Part shown: positions 39,808-48,851 of the stretch, in pieces
Layout: each line of letters starts with the position of its first letter
Position numbering within the stretch: the first letter of the stretch is position 1
Assembly: GCF_947179015.1 (NCBI RefSeq)
Contig: NZ_CAMXCM010000001.1
Coordinates: forward strand, 233,387-297,386
Origin: Commensalibacter communis
GTDB lineage: Bacteria > Pseudomonadota > Alphaproteobacteria > Acetobacterales > Acetobacteraceae
Length of the DNA: 64,000 bases
Direction: 5' to 3'
The notes under the pieces: generated by a model
What the model was told of the DNA's origin: nothing
Database searches by the model: none
The model's input: only the letters and a program-made list of their open reading frames with translations
Made by a program: the position numbers and the translations under genes

Positions 39808-41135
39808 TCGTGGAAACAATAAATGATCTAGCAAAATTATTATATTGGGGTTGTGTGATTTGGCCTTTGGCTGGAATGGCTGGTATTTTTGCGTGTGAAG
39901 GTCAAGCAGCTAGGGCAAAATGTCATTTTGTTATTTCGATTATTTTAATTGTTATTACGGCTGCTTCGGCATGTTTAGCAGATGATTTTTTCTTGTCTAC
40001 GGTGTGGAGTAGTGATGGGTTAACACGATTTTTGCGTCTTATCATCGCGATTGGGGCTGGTATCTCAACGGTCTTATTAACTTTTTGGGCACCCAGAAGT
40101 CTTTTCTTTGCCAAAGAAGACAAAAGATCATTATGGAATTTATTATTATTTCATTTGCTAATAACCGTTTCAATGTTAGCGGTTGGGGTTAATAATCTTT
40201 TCATTGCTTTGTTATTTATCGTCGTGTTAGCTGCGTTACTAATGTTAGGATGCATGATGATGCAAGGAGGCAGCAGCATCAAAGCAGGTTGGGGATATTT
40301 TCGGTTAGTATTGTTGTTCGCAATGATGGCTGTTGTTTCGGCATTTTTACTGGCATCGGTTCCAATCGATAATGCTCCTTATCTGGCACAATTTAGCAGT
40401 GTATTACTAAGTGTAAGTCTGGTTTTAATTGCTGGATTATTTCCAATGTCTATGTTTTCTTTAGGATTGACAATCGAACTGCCTTTGACATTAGGGGGCA
40501 TTGGCTCTTTTATTCTTTCTGTTCCAACGATCGCTACTGTTTTAAGGTTATATCAACTTCCAAATTATCAGCCTTCTGCATATCTGTTAATTATTTTGGT
40601 CATTATCAGTTTATGTTTCGTGATAATGAATGAACAAAATCGTCAACGCTCTTCCTTGTGCCTCAGCTCTATATTCTTAGTTGCCATGAGTATTTTAGGG
40701 GGCATTTTTGCTAATCATGTCGAAGGAGTGTTCAGTGCTTGCTTGTTTATGATGGCACTAGTTGTTTTTGCACCCTTGGGATATATGATGAGTCAAAAGC
40801 AAAGGAATAATCAAGAAGCATGTGAAGGTTGGGTTATGTTGGCATTATCTGGGTTACCACCGATGGGTATTTTTTGGGCTTGCTCGGTATTATTTGCTTA
40901 TTTGATGCAAACGTTGCCTGTGGCAGGAATATTGATTATTGGTCTATTTTTGATAAGAGGATATATTCTATTTCAAAAGGGTAGAACGATTTTTTTCTCT
41001 CCAGATATGTTTAATAAAGAAATACAATTGATTCTGGGGATTATTATTACGCAAACAATTATTATTCCTTTTGTTACATCCAGTTGGCTATACCAGATTT
41101 CTTTGGAATTTATTAAACATCATGGTGGATCATGA
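39804..41135 (+). CDS. Ehr-like complex subunit: NuoN/NuoM/HyfF-type antiporter-like membrane protein (divergent)
   Basis: 443 aa, about 13 TM. Translationally coupled to both neighbours. Confidence 0.45.
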   Translation: MIVETINDLAKLLYWGCVIWPLAGMAGIFACEGQAARAKCHFVISIILIVITAASACLADDFFLSTVWSSDGLTRFLRLIIAIGAGISTVLLTFWAPRSLFFAKEDKRSLWNLLLFHLLITVSMLAVGVNNLFIALLFIVVLAALLMLGCMMMQGGSSIKAGWGYFRLVLLFAMMAVVSAFLLASVPIDNAPYLAQFSSVLLSVSLVLIAGLFPMSMFSLGLTIELPLTLGGIGSFILSVPTIATVLRLYQLPNYQPSAYLLIILVIISLCFVIMNEQNRQRSSLCLSSIFLVAMSILGGIFANHVEGVFSACLFMMALVVFAPLGYMMSQKQRNNQEACEGWVMLALSGLPPMGIFWACSVLFAYLMQTLPVAGILIIGLFLIRGYILFQKGRTIFFSPDMFNKEIQLILGIIITQTIIIPFVTSSWLYQISLEFIKHHGGS

Positions 41136-42667
41136 TACAGTCTGAGCCACCGTTAACAACGCATACCAAGGCTGCGGATTTAATCAAGAAACACAAAAGG
41201 GAAAGTAAGTTCTTTTTCCGTGTAGAAGAAGATGAGTGGAGAGAAATTGTCTCAAAGCTACCTTTAGATCGTTTGATTTTTTTGGCGATGTGGTGCAGCG
41301 GTGATGATATTAACATTTTGTTTCTCGAAAATGGTTTCCGTCCGTTGGGGGTAAGGGTTGCTTTTTCAATTGATCGTTATTTAGCTGTATCTCAAATCCG
41401 TCCAGCAGCGATTATTTACGAACGTATGATTTGGGAGTTATGGGGCAAAGAGGCGATGAATGCCGTCGATTTGCGTCCATGGTTAGATCGAGGCCTGTGG
41501 AAACATACTTGGCCATTATCCTCTAAACAAGCACCAACTACTTGGCCGCCAGAACAATATGATTATGAAATGCCTCCTGATATCGTTCAAAAAGGTGGCG
41601 AGCTTGCAACGATTGATCCTTCATCTTGTCAAGGTTTTTCTCCGTCCTTATGGCGTTTTGCGATGGTGGGTGAAACAATTATAAAGGCAGAATCGCTATA
41701 TGGATATACGCATCGTAGTATTATATCTAATTTATTAAATAAAAACGTTTTAGAGGTTTTACCTAGAATTAGCCGTATTAATGCAGTCGATAGTGTGGCA
41801 CATCAAATTGCGTTTGCTCATGCGATCGAAGATATGGCGCAGTTTATGCCAACCGCCAAAGTATTACGAAAGCGGGTGATTTTATCGGAGCTTTCGAAAA
41901 TAATTGCCCATTTGCTCTATTTATCGCAGCTATTTCGTCAGTTGGGGATTGGCATTATAGCTTCTCGTTGTGAGATTGCGCGTGAACTCTTAATGCGTTG
42001 GAGCGCGCATTATTACGGTCACCGATGGCTAATGGATTGTGTCTTTCCTGGGACTGTTCGTTCAATCGATGAAATGGGGGAGGAAGCTACCGAAAAATTA
42101 CCAGCGAAAGTAAAATATCTATGTGCTGAAGCTCATAAACTGATGCATGGTTTCCCAGGATTAATAGATAGTTTGCAAGATATTGGGGTATTAAGCACAG
42201 AGCAAGCCATCCAATTTAATATTGGTGGGGTTATTGGGCGAGCTTCTGGGCGGGATGTGGATATTCGTCGATATATGCCTGAATATCGTTTAGAGTGGTT
42301 GTCTCCTCGTACTTTTACCAGTGGGGATGTGTATGCACGGATGCAACTTCGATTTCAGGAAATTGAGAATGCATTGCAAATTATTGAAACAATCTTGCAA
42401 GACGTCGAAGAAGAAGCCCCTGTTGAAGATAAGAAAATCATCGTTGAAACTTTATATGGTGAAGGAATAGGGGTTTGCGAAGGGGTGCAAGGGGATCTGT
42501 GGTATTATATCAAGGTAGAGGGTGGGATTATTAAGGATATTTTTATCCGTGATCCTGCTGCCAATCAGGCCTATGTATTACAGGGTATTTTGCAAGGCGA
42601 ACTTTGGGAAAATCAATCCATTATCAGGGCTTCTTTTGGAATATTATCAACGGGCGTTGATCTATAA
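41132..42667 (+). CDS. Ehr-like complex large subunit: NuoC-NuoD fusion / HycE-HyfG homologue lacking both NiFe-binding Cys motifs
   Basis: The N-terminus is a NuoC-like domain (LDRLIFLAMWCSGDD). The NuoD-like part has ESLYGYTHRS in place of hydrogenase RxCGxCxxxH (aligning with NuoD HIGLLHRG), CEGVQGDLWYYI aligning with EAPRGELGVY, and a C-terminus FGILSTGVDL aligning with the NuoD ...FGEVDR instead of DPCxxCxxH. Confidence 0.75.
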   Translation: MIQSEPPLTTHTKAADLIKKHKRESKFFFRVEEDEWREIVSKLPLDRLIFLAMWCSGDDINILFLENGFRPLGVRVAFSIDRYLAVSQIRPAAIIYERMIWELWGKEAMNAVDLRPWLDRGLWKHTWPLSSKQAPTTWPPEQYDYEMPPDIVQKGGELATIDPSSCQGFSPSLWRFAMVGETIIKAESLYGYTHRSIISNLLNKNVLEVLPRISRINAVDSVAHQIAFAHAIEDMAQFMPTAKVLRKRVILSELSKIIAHLLYLSQLFRQLGIGIIASRCEIARELLMRWSAHYYGHRWLMDCVFPGTVRSIDEMGEEATEKLPAKVKYLCAEAHKLMHGFPGLIDSLQDIGVLSTEQAIQFNIGGVIGRASGRDVDIRRYMPEYRLEWLSPRTFTSGDVYARMQLRFQEIENALQIIETILQDVEEEAPVEDKKIIVETLYGEGIGVCEGVQGDLWYYIKVEGGIIKDIFIRDPAANQAYVLQGILQGELWENQSIIRASFGILSTGVDL

Positions 42668-42678
42668 AAGGATAAAAA

Positions 42679-43245
42679 ATGGCTGTAATCCGAGCATTAT
42701 TTGATTCTGTTTTTGGAAAAATCAAACCTTTAGATCAAAAAATAGGTCATACTAATCAGATTCTACATCTTTTTCCTGTCCCTTGTGGGGATTGCAATGG
42801 TTGTATATTGGAAATAAACGCATTGCGAGGCGCAGCATTTGATATTTCAGCCAGTGGGTTAGCCTTTGTCGACCATCCAGCCATTGCAAATATTTTATTG
42901 ATTACTGGGGTATTAACCCGTTCTATGATCCCGTATTTAGAAAAAAATTGGGAGTTAATGCCAGAACCAAAAGCGATTGTGACTGTTGGGGCTTGTGCAA
43001 TTAATAAAAATGTTTTCGATGAAAATTATGCGGTTTTAAAAGAGACGACTGGAGGGGAAGATTGTATCTTGAAAATCGAAGGATGCCCCCCAGCACCTCA
43101 ACAGATTATGGAGGGGTTATTGGGGGTGTTGGGGCTTCGTCCTCAGTCTGAATTGGATCTTCCTCATCCTCCTCACTCGCCTCTTTATGAAGAGCCTCTG
43201 CATCAGCCTTCAACAGACGAAAACTCCGATAACTCAACGGGATAG
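42679..43245 (+). CDS. Ehr-like complex small subunit: NuoB/HycG-type [4Fe-4S] protein, all four Cys ligands retained
   Basis: PCGDCNGCILEI...ILLITGVLTRSM...MPEPKAIVTVGACA...IEGCPPAP parallels E. coli HycG (CGGCNGCEIEI...ILLFTGAVTRAM...APDPKICISYGACG...IPGCPPTP) motif for motif. It has a 40-aa proline/acidic C-terminal tail. Confidence 0.8.
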   Translation: MAVIRALFDSVFGKIKPLDQKIGHTNQILHLFPVPCGDCNGCILEINALRGAAFDISASGLAFVDHPAIANILLITGVLTRSMIPYLEKNWELMPEPKAIVTVGACAINKNVFDENYAVLKETTGGEDCILKIEGCPPAPQQIMEGLLGVLGLRPQSELDLPHPPHSPLYEEPLHQPSTDENSDNSTG

Positions 43246-44047
43246 TGCATAAATATAATATACCACTAAATGCAAAAGTTCCCCATGGATCTGCAACTAA
43301 TACAGTTGCATAAATGGTAGTCCCTAAAAATAAAGGTAGAACATAGGCAGTAGGAACTTTAAAATTTTTAAATGACCAAATCGGAATGGTTGAGATCAAT
43401 AAGAAAGATGTTGTTACCAACATAATAATGGTTAATATTTCTGAATGAGCAATATTAATCAAAAAATCCCATTGTAGTTTATTGGCTTCTAATCCCAAGA
43501 ATACAGGGAATAACACGATCCCAGCCCCAGCAGGTGCGGGTACTCCTGTAAAAAAGTTACTGGCGTATTTAGGTTTTTCTTCATCTTCTAAAGACGCGTT
43601 GAATCGAGCCAATCGTAATGCCATACAAACGGCAAACATTGCACAAGGGACAAAAGCATAACCGCTTCTTATATCTTTTAACGCCCACATATATAAAATG
43701 AAACAAGGGGAGATCCCAAAAGATAAAAAGTCGGCCAAGCTGTCTAGTTCCGCACCAAAACGGCTGGTTCCTCGTAATAAACGCGCAATGCGCCCATCTA
43801 ACCCATCAAAACAAGCTGCGATTACAATAGCAATAACTGCTGTGCCAAAATCCCCATGGATAGCACTGCGAATACCAATTAAACCTGCGCATAATCCTAA
43901 CATTGTTAAAAGGTTAGGAATCATGCGGTTAAACGATATTCCTTTTACCCTAGGGCGTATTTTTTGACGTAATAGTAAATTACGTCGTGCACGAAGCGAT
44001 AAAGATTTAGGTGTTTTAGAGTTTAGAGACAATAGTTTCCCCACCAA
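43106..44047 (-). CDS. pssA: CDP-diacylglycerol--serine O-phosphatidyltransferase (CDP-alcohol phosphatidyltransferase family)
   Basis: Signature DGLDGRIARLLRGTSRFGAELDSLAD (D-G-x2-A-R-x8-G-x3-D-x3-D). Multi-TM, acidic C-terminal tail. The true start may be the internal Met MIPNLL at about 43924. Confidence 0.8.
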   Translation of the reverse strand: MVGKLLSLNSKTPKSLSLRARRNLLLRQKIRPRVKGISFNRMIPNLLTMLGLCAGLIGIRSAIHGDFGTAVIAIVIAACFDGLDGRIARLLRGTSRFGAELDSLADFLSFGISPCFILYMWALKDIRSGYAFVPCAMFAVCMALRLARFNASLEDEEKPKYASNFFTGVPAPAGAGIVLFPVFLGLEANKLQWDFLINIAHSEILTIIMLVTTSFLLISTIPIWSFKNFKVPTAYVLPLFLGTTIYATVLVADPWGTFAFSGILYLCTIPLSYRSFRLLKADAEALHKEASEEDEEDPIQTEDEAPTPPITPP

Positions 44048-44693
44048 TCATAGTTTGTCCAATTTGTACATTCGGTTTACAGTTTTCAGGCAGATATAAA
44101 TCAACTCGAGAACCAAAGCGAATCAACCCATAAAGATCGCCTGTTTCAAAGTGATCCTCAACATTTGCATCACATACAATTCGGCGTGCAATAAGACCAG
44201 CAATCTGAACGACGATTAATTGTTGACCATTGGGCAATGTCATACAAATAGCATTACGTTCGTTATGTTCTGATGCTTTATCCAAAGAGGCATTGAAAAA
44301 TTTCCCTTTGATATATACTCGGCTGGTAATGGTTCCTTTGGCTGGAATACGTTGTAAATGCACATTCAACACAGACAAGAAAATAGAAACACGCCATACG
44401 GGCTTTTCAGGCATCCCTAAGTTGGCAGGAGGCATAATACAATCAATGGCTGCTACTGTGCCGTCTGCGGGGGCTACAATCACGTTTTCTTCCGTGGGGA
44501 TGACGCGCTTTGGGTTACGAAAGAAAAACCAAACGAATCCAAAACCGAGTAAACTAAGTTTACCGATGAAGCGAGTCATTCGCCATTTTGTCATGCGCCC
44601 TAAAATAGCTACTATGGCTGTTATAATTAGGAAAGGGTGGCTGGCAGGATGTGGTTTGCACATACTGGATTGTATTGATTTTAAAATAGACAT
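44016..44693 (-). CDS. psd: Phosphatidylserine decarboxylase proenzyme (short alphaproteobacterial type)
   Basis: 225 aa with an N-terminal TM and FGSRVD (G-S self-cleavage site) near the C-terminus. Immediately upstream of pssA, as in other Alphaproteobacteria. Confidence 0.75.
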   Translation of the reverse strand: MSILKSIQSSMCKPHPASHPFLIITAIVAILGRMTKWRMTRFIGKLSLLGFGFVWFFFRNPKRVIPTEENVIVAPADGTVAAIDCIMPPANLGMPEKPVWRVSIFLSVLNVHLQRIPAKGTITSRVYIKGKFFNASLDKASEHNERNAICMTLPNGQQLIVVQIAGLIARRIVCDANVEDHFETGDLYGLIRFGSRVDLYLPENCKPNVQIGQTMIGGETIVSKL

Positions 44694-44726
44694 GTAAACG
44701 TAACCTTTAGACGTAATATTCTTAAC

Positions 44727-45470
44727 TCAGTCAGAATCTTTTAAATTCAAACTGGATTTGGATGATTTGCTTTGTAGTATATAGTTTTTTTTCAAAGGTG
44801 CCACTGTAATTGGTGCATAAAGATTTTTTTCAATCTCAACAAGGTGATATCCACCCAAAAAAGGAACAAAAAACAACCCCGTGAATTCAAGTATTTTATT
44901 TGTTCTTAGAGAAACAGAATTCATGATTTTAGGAGGGAAGTACAAAACACGTTCATAATGATTTATACGAAACATATGTTGTTTTAAAACGATATTTAAT
45001 TTTTGAATAAAGAACGCATTTCTATATCGAAAAGAAAGATTATCAATAACCGACCACCATCCAAGTTTATTGGGTAAGAGTAAGATGATTTTTCCGTGAT
45101 CTTCTAAAGTCTCCCAGCATGAACGAAGCATTAAGCTAAATTGATCCTTGGATAGTTTGGCATCATGCACGTACAAAATACGGTTGATACTACAAGCTTG
45201 CAAGGGAAAAGAATCAATGGATAAATGGCATATATTTTGAGTATATAAAGATTTCAAATTCTGAGATGGGAGAGAATCTAATATCCCATGAATATGATAT
45301 TGAGGGTACCAAGTGTTTTTTGGAATTAAAGAGGATGTTTGCCCCAATGTAAATAGAGATAGTCCGTATAGATTAGGCCACAGTTGTGCTAATTTATGTT
45401 GAAGATAGGTTGCAATTCCTTGTCTTTTTTGACGTGGATCGGTTAGAATAGAATTAAAGTCGTAGGCCAT
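44727..45470 (-). CDS. Hypothetical protein, possibly a degenerate class-I methyltransferase-like fold
   Basis: 247 aa. Weak post-I/II-like stretch ILYVHDAKLSKDQFSLMLRSCWETLEDHGKIILLLP but no intact GxGxG. Divergent from gloB, a position often occupied by a methyltransferase in Alphaproteobacteria. Confidence 0.3.
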   Translation of the reverse strand: MAYDFNSILTDPRQKRQGIATYLQHKLAQLWPNLYGLSLFTLGQTSSLIPKNTWYPQYHIHGILDSLPSQNLKSLYTQNICHLSIDSFPLQACSINRILYVHDAKLSKDQFSLMLRSCWETLEDHGKIILLLPNKLGWWSVIDNLSFRYRNAFFIQKLNIVLKQHMFRINHYERVLYFPPKIMNSVSLRTNKILEFTGLFFVPFLGGYHLVEIEKNLYAPITVAPLKKNYILQSKSSKSSLNLKDSD

Positions 45471-45536
45471 TGCAACCTTTTCCTCGAAGATAAATTTTAG
45501 TTTAAAAAAGGATAATGGTTAAAATAAGGAGAAAGC

Positions 45537-46268
45537 ATGTCTATTATTATTGAACCTATTTCTTTCTATGAGTCAAATTATGCATGGATAATGATCGATG
45601 AAAAGAGCAAAAATGCAATTGTTGTTGACCCAGGAGATGCAAAACCCGTTTTAAAATATTTAGAAGAAAAACAATTATCTTTACAAGCGATTTTGATTAC
45701 TCATTTTCATGACGATCATATTGGTGGAATAGCAGAATTAAAAAGCAAATATTCGTGTAAAATATATGCGCCTTTAAAAGAGATCAATAAAATTCCAAAT
45801 ATCGATCAAACCGTAAAAGATGGGGATATCATTTCTTTAGAGGCAATGGGACAGGCTGAAATAATAGAAACACCAGGTCATACATTGGGTTCAATTTGTT
45901 ATTATCTGCCTAATTTAAAAGTTATTTTCACAGGCGATACAATGTTTAGCATGGGATGTGGACGTTTATTCGAAGGAACCCCGCAACAAATGTATAATAG
46001 TTTTGGAAAGTTAAAGAATTTACCAGAAGATACTCTGGTTTATTGTGCGCATGAATATACCGCCGATAATGGACGTTTTGCGATATCTGTGATCCCTGAA
46101 AGTATAGCTTTGAAAAATAGGGTGGAACAGGTAAAAAAGTTAAGATCACAATATTTGCCAACATTGCCCATCTCATTATTAGATGAAAAAAGAACTAATC
46201 CCTTTTTACTTGCGAAAAATGTTGATGAATTCACGGCATTTCGTAAAGCAAAAGATCATTTTGCATAA
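45537..46268 (+). CDS. gloB: Hydroxyacylglutathione hydrolase (glyoxalase II)
   Basis: Metallo-beta-lactamase motif THFHDDHIGG plus downstream H and D ligands (ETPGHTLGS, CAHEY). 243 aa. Confidence 0.85.
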   Translation: MSIIIEPISFYESNYAWIMIDEKSKNAIVVDPGDAKPVLKYLEEKQLSLQAILITHFHDDHIGGIAELKSKYSCKIYAPLKEINKIPNIDQTVKDGDIISLEAMGQAEIIETPGHTLGSICYYLPNLKVIFTGDTMFSMGCGRLFEGTPQQMYNSFGKLKNLPEDTLVYCAHEYTADNGRFAISVIPESIALKNRVEQVKKLRSQYLPTLPISLLDEKRTNPFLLAKNVDEFTAFRKAKDHFA

Positions 46269-47299
46269 TGTCTGATTAACATTTTCAAGTCATTATACCA
46301 ACGTGTTTCCAAAGGAATGGCTCCCAGATACAATACACCATCGCGGATTAAGAGCGTTAGATGAATTTGTGATGGCAGTGAGGTCTGGGAAAGTTCCTGT
46401 TGTAGTTTATTACAACATTTTAAAGATGATAATTGTTCGTAGATTGCTTGATTAACACCATTCAAATAAAGTGATAACTCGCCTGTCGGAGCCATTTGAG
46501 GAAAAGGTAGATATAATTTGCCAGAAGAGTTAATGGCTAGATTATTCCAGCTTGAATTAATATTCTGAACTAACAATTTGTATAAATTATTAGGTTCTTG
46601 AACTAATGCTGCTTGGATATATACATTTTTCAGCTTTTGCGGGGATAAATTATTAACATTTACAGTCATTTGTTGTATATTAAGGCTTAGAAAGGCGAGA
46701 CTGTCTTGAGGTGTTGCTTGAATATTCCAATGCAGCTTGGATCGTAAATTTTTAACCTGTATAGATTGAATTGTCTCTGTAGATTGTGAAGGGCTGGTAT
46801 AAAAGATTTCATCACATTGCAGGTAAATTGAATTCTGCGAAATATTCTTGAAAATAGATGTGTGGATATTCCAAGAATTACCATGAATTTGGATACATTG
46901 GTTTAGGTTATTCAAGGAACAAAAAAGCTGCTCCCCGTTAAGACGAATTGAGATACTCAAAGGATGTGATAAAGAATAAAAAATTATCGCCTGTTTTGCT
47001 TGCCAAAGAATTTGGGGGGGGTGTGAAGAAATATCCTTTTGTATTGTTGGATATGCAACGATAACCTGTGGCCAAATCGTCCATTTAGAGGCAGAGGCTG
47101 ATTGAAATTTAAAGATCAGACCTTGTTTAGTTAAAATATTTTGTTGATTGGTCAAAAACAGATTGATCGTTTGTTTCAAATAGACGTGGGAAAATAAAAA
47201 AGTTCCCCAAAAAAGAAAAAACATCAATCCCATTAACAGAAATTTTTGGTAAGATTTTTTTTTACGGTTAAATAAATGTCGTTTATTGTTATTAAACAT
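46256..47299 (-). CDS. Hypothetical membrane-anchored periplasmic protein
   Basis: N-terminal basic stretch plus one TM (FLLMGLMFFLFWGTFLF), then about 300 aa of polar Q/N/S-rich sequence with no motif. Confidence 0.4.
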   Translation of the reverse strand: MFNNNKRHLFNRKKKSYQKFLLMGLMFFLFWGTFLFSHVYLKQTINLFLTNQQNILTKQGLIFKFQSASASKWTIWPQVIVAYPTIQKDISSHPPQILWQAKQAIIFYSLSHPLSISIRLNGEQLFCSLNNLNQCIQIHGNSWNIHTSIFKNISQNSIYLQCDEIFYTSPSQSTETIQSIQVKNLRSKLHWNIQATPQDSLAFLSLNIQQMTVNVNNLSPQKLKNVYIQAALVQEPNNLYKLLVQNINSSWNNLAINSSGKLYLPFPQMAPTGELSLYLNGVNQAIYEQLSSLKCCNKLQQELSQTSLPSQIHLTLLIRDGVLYLGAIPLETRWYNDLKMLIRHYAK

Positions 47300-47517
47300 A
47301 GGAAATTCAAAAATTTATATTGGATAGTTTCGATGTTTAGAAAAATCCACAAGAGAGATTCTTAAAAAATCAAGAAGAAAATTAATTATATTTTTTAATT
47401 GACTGTTGTAAAACGACAGAAATTCAAGGGTTGTAGAGAATCTACCAAAATAGCCAACGACTCTAAAGATTAAAACTTTTATCAAAAAACCCACAAAGTT
47501 ATCCACAGGCCTATTCA

Positions 47518-48213
47518 CTACGATTCCAACTTAGACCAACTGCGCTCGATAGCAGCAACCGTCTCCTTGCGGTTACTCGTATCCGTAATAGCAGGATGAA
47601 TGATAATGTGGATAGTTCCTGGATATTTGTAAAAAGAATTTCTTGGCCAACAATATCCAGAGTCAATACTGACAGGAACAATTTTTAAATTGAGTTGATT
47701 GGCTATAGCAACTGTTCCTGCATGTAATTTTACTTTTTCACCGACAGCGGTTCGTGTGCCTTCTGGAAAAATAATAATTTGTCTAAAATCATTAACAGCT
47801 TTTTGACAGTCTTGAATTAGGTTTTTTAAAGCTTTGACACCCCCTTGTCGATCGAGAGGAATCATTCCAGATAATAACAACATTGGTCCAACCAAAGGAA
47901 TACGGGTCAGCTCTCTTTTCATAATATATGCAGGGCGGTCTAGAAGATTCATCCATACAAACGTATCAAACGCAGATTGGTGCTGAGAAGCAATTAAAAA
48001 AGATTTGTCTTGGGGAAGGTTTTCTTGGCCAATAATTTGAGTGGATATTTTACAGATTTTTTCAAGTCCATTCAAAGAGAGACGAGTCCATAACTGAGCA
48101 TAAGTTAGAGCGTGTTTCTTTGCTATAAAACGAATAACAAAAGCAATAGTACCCATAAAAATGGTTAATGTAATAAAGTAGATTAAAAATAGAATAGAAC
48201 GAATTAAAATCAT
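47518..48213 (-). CDS. 1-acyl-sn-glycerol-3-phosphate acyltransferase (PlsC family)
   Basis: Acyltransferase motifs HQSAFD (HxxxxD) and FPEGTR. N-terminal TM. 231 aa. Confidence 0.75.
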   Translation of the reverse strand: MILIRSILFLIYFITLTIFMGTIAFVIRFIAKKHALTYAQLWTRLSLNGLEKICKISTQIIGQENLPQDKSFLIASQHQSAFDTFVWMNLLDRPAYIMKRELTRIPLVGPMLLLSGMIPLDRQGGVKALKNLIQDCQKAVNDFRQIIIFPEGTRTAVGEKVKLHAGTVAIANQLNLKIVPVSIDSGYCWPRNSFYKYPGTIHIIIHPAITDTSNRKETVAAIERSWSKLES

Positions 48214-48227
48214 CAGAAATCAGCTTC

Positions 48228-48848
48228 TTATGGAATATTTTGTAATAAATCTTCTTTGGGACGTGTCGTATGGATAAGGCCTGTATAAGCTGCTAGAAAT
48301 TTATTATATTCAAGAAACAATAATCTTATCGAATGTAAATGGGATAAAGTTTCTTTTTTATCATTACGAGCAACATAGGGATACAGCTTTACATTATCTA
48401 ACAAAGTTTGCATTTCCACAAGTGCACGACGAATATGATAGCTAGAGGTCACAATAATTAATGAATCCAAATGATAATAATGTGCCCATGCAGCGGTTTC
48501 AACAGCATTCCCCATAGTAGAGGTTGCATTATGTCCCAATGTAATTCGATTTCGATCTTGTTGTGTCAAAGCAAAGGGTAGGATTCTTTCTAAATCCACC
48601 AAATGAGTGGTTGGTTCTACCCCAGAAATTAATAGATATTTCCCATGATTGGATTGTAAAAGTTTAATCGCAGTCTCAATACGTTTTGCACCACCTGTTA
48701 AGACAACAATACCCTGGGCGTTAGGTATAGCAGGATTATAGGTTAATGTATCAATAACAAATACAACAAAGCCCATGCCCCATAGAAGAAAAATCCCCAA
48801 GATCACCCATATAATACTCCATTTCGATTGCAAGCGTAGTTTATTCAT
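48228..48848 (-). CDS. DUF218 (YdcF/ElyC-like) domain membrane protein
   Basis: N-terminal TM, then GIVVLTGGAKRIETAIKLL...YLLISG, the DUF218 signature. Confidence 0.6.
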   Translation of the reverse strand: MNKLRLQSKWSIIWVILGIFLLWGMGFVVFVIDTLTYNPAIPNAQGIVVLTGGAKRIETAIKLLQSNHGKYLLISGVEPTTHLVDLERILPFALTQQDRNRITLGHNATSTMGNAVETAAWAHYYHLDSLIIVTSSYHIRRALVEMQTLLDNVKLYPYVARNDKKETLSHLHSIRLLFLEYNKFLAAYTGLIHTTRPKEDLLQNIP

Positions 48849-48851
48849 ATT

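Noticed and set aside
44016-44047. 32-bp overlap between the psd 3' end and the annotated pssA start
   Set aside because: It is probably an artefact of choosing the most upstream Met for pssA. An internal Met (MIPNLL, about 43924) precedes the first TM helix and removes the overlap.
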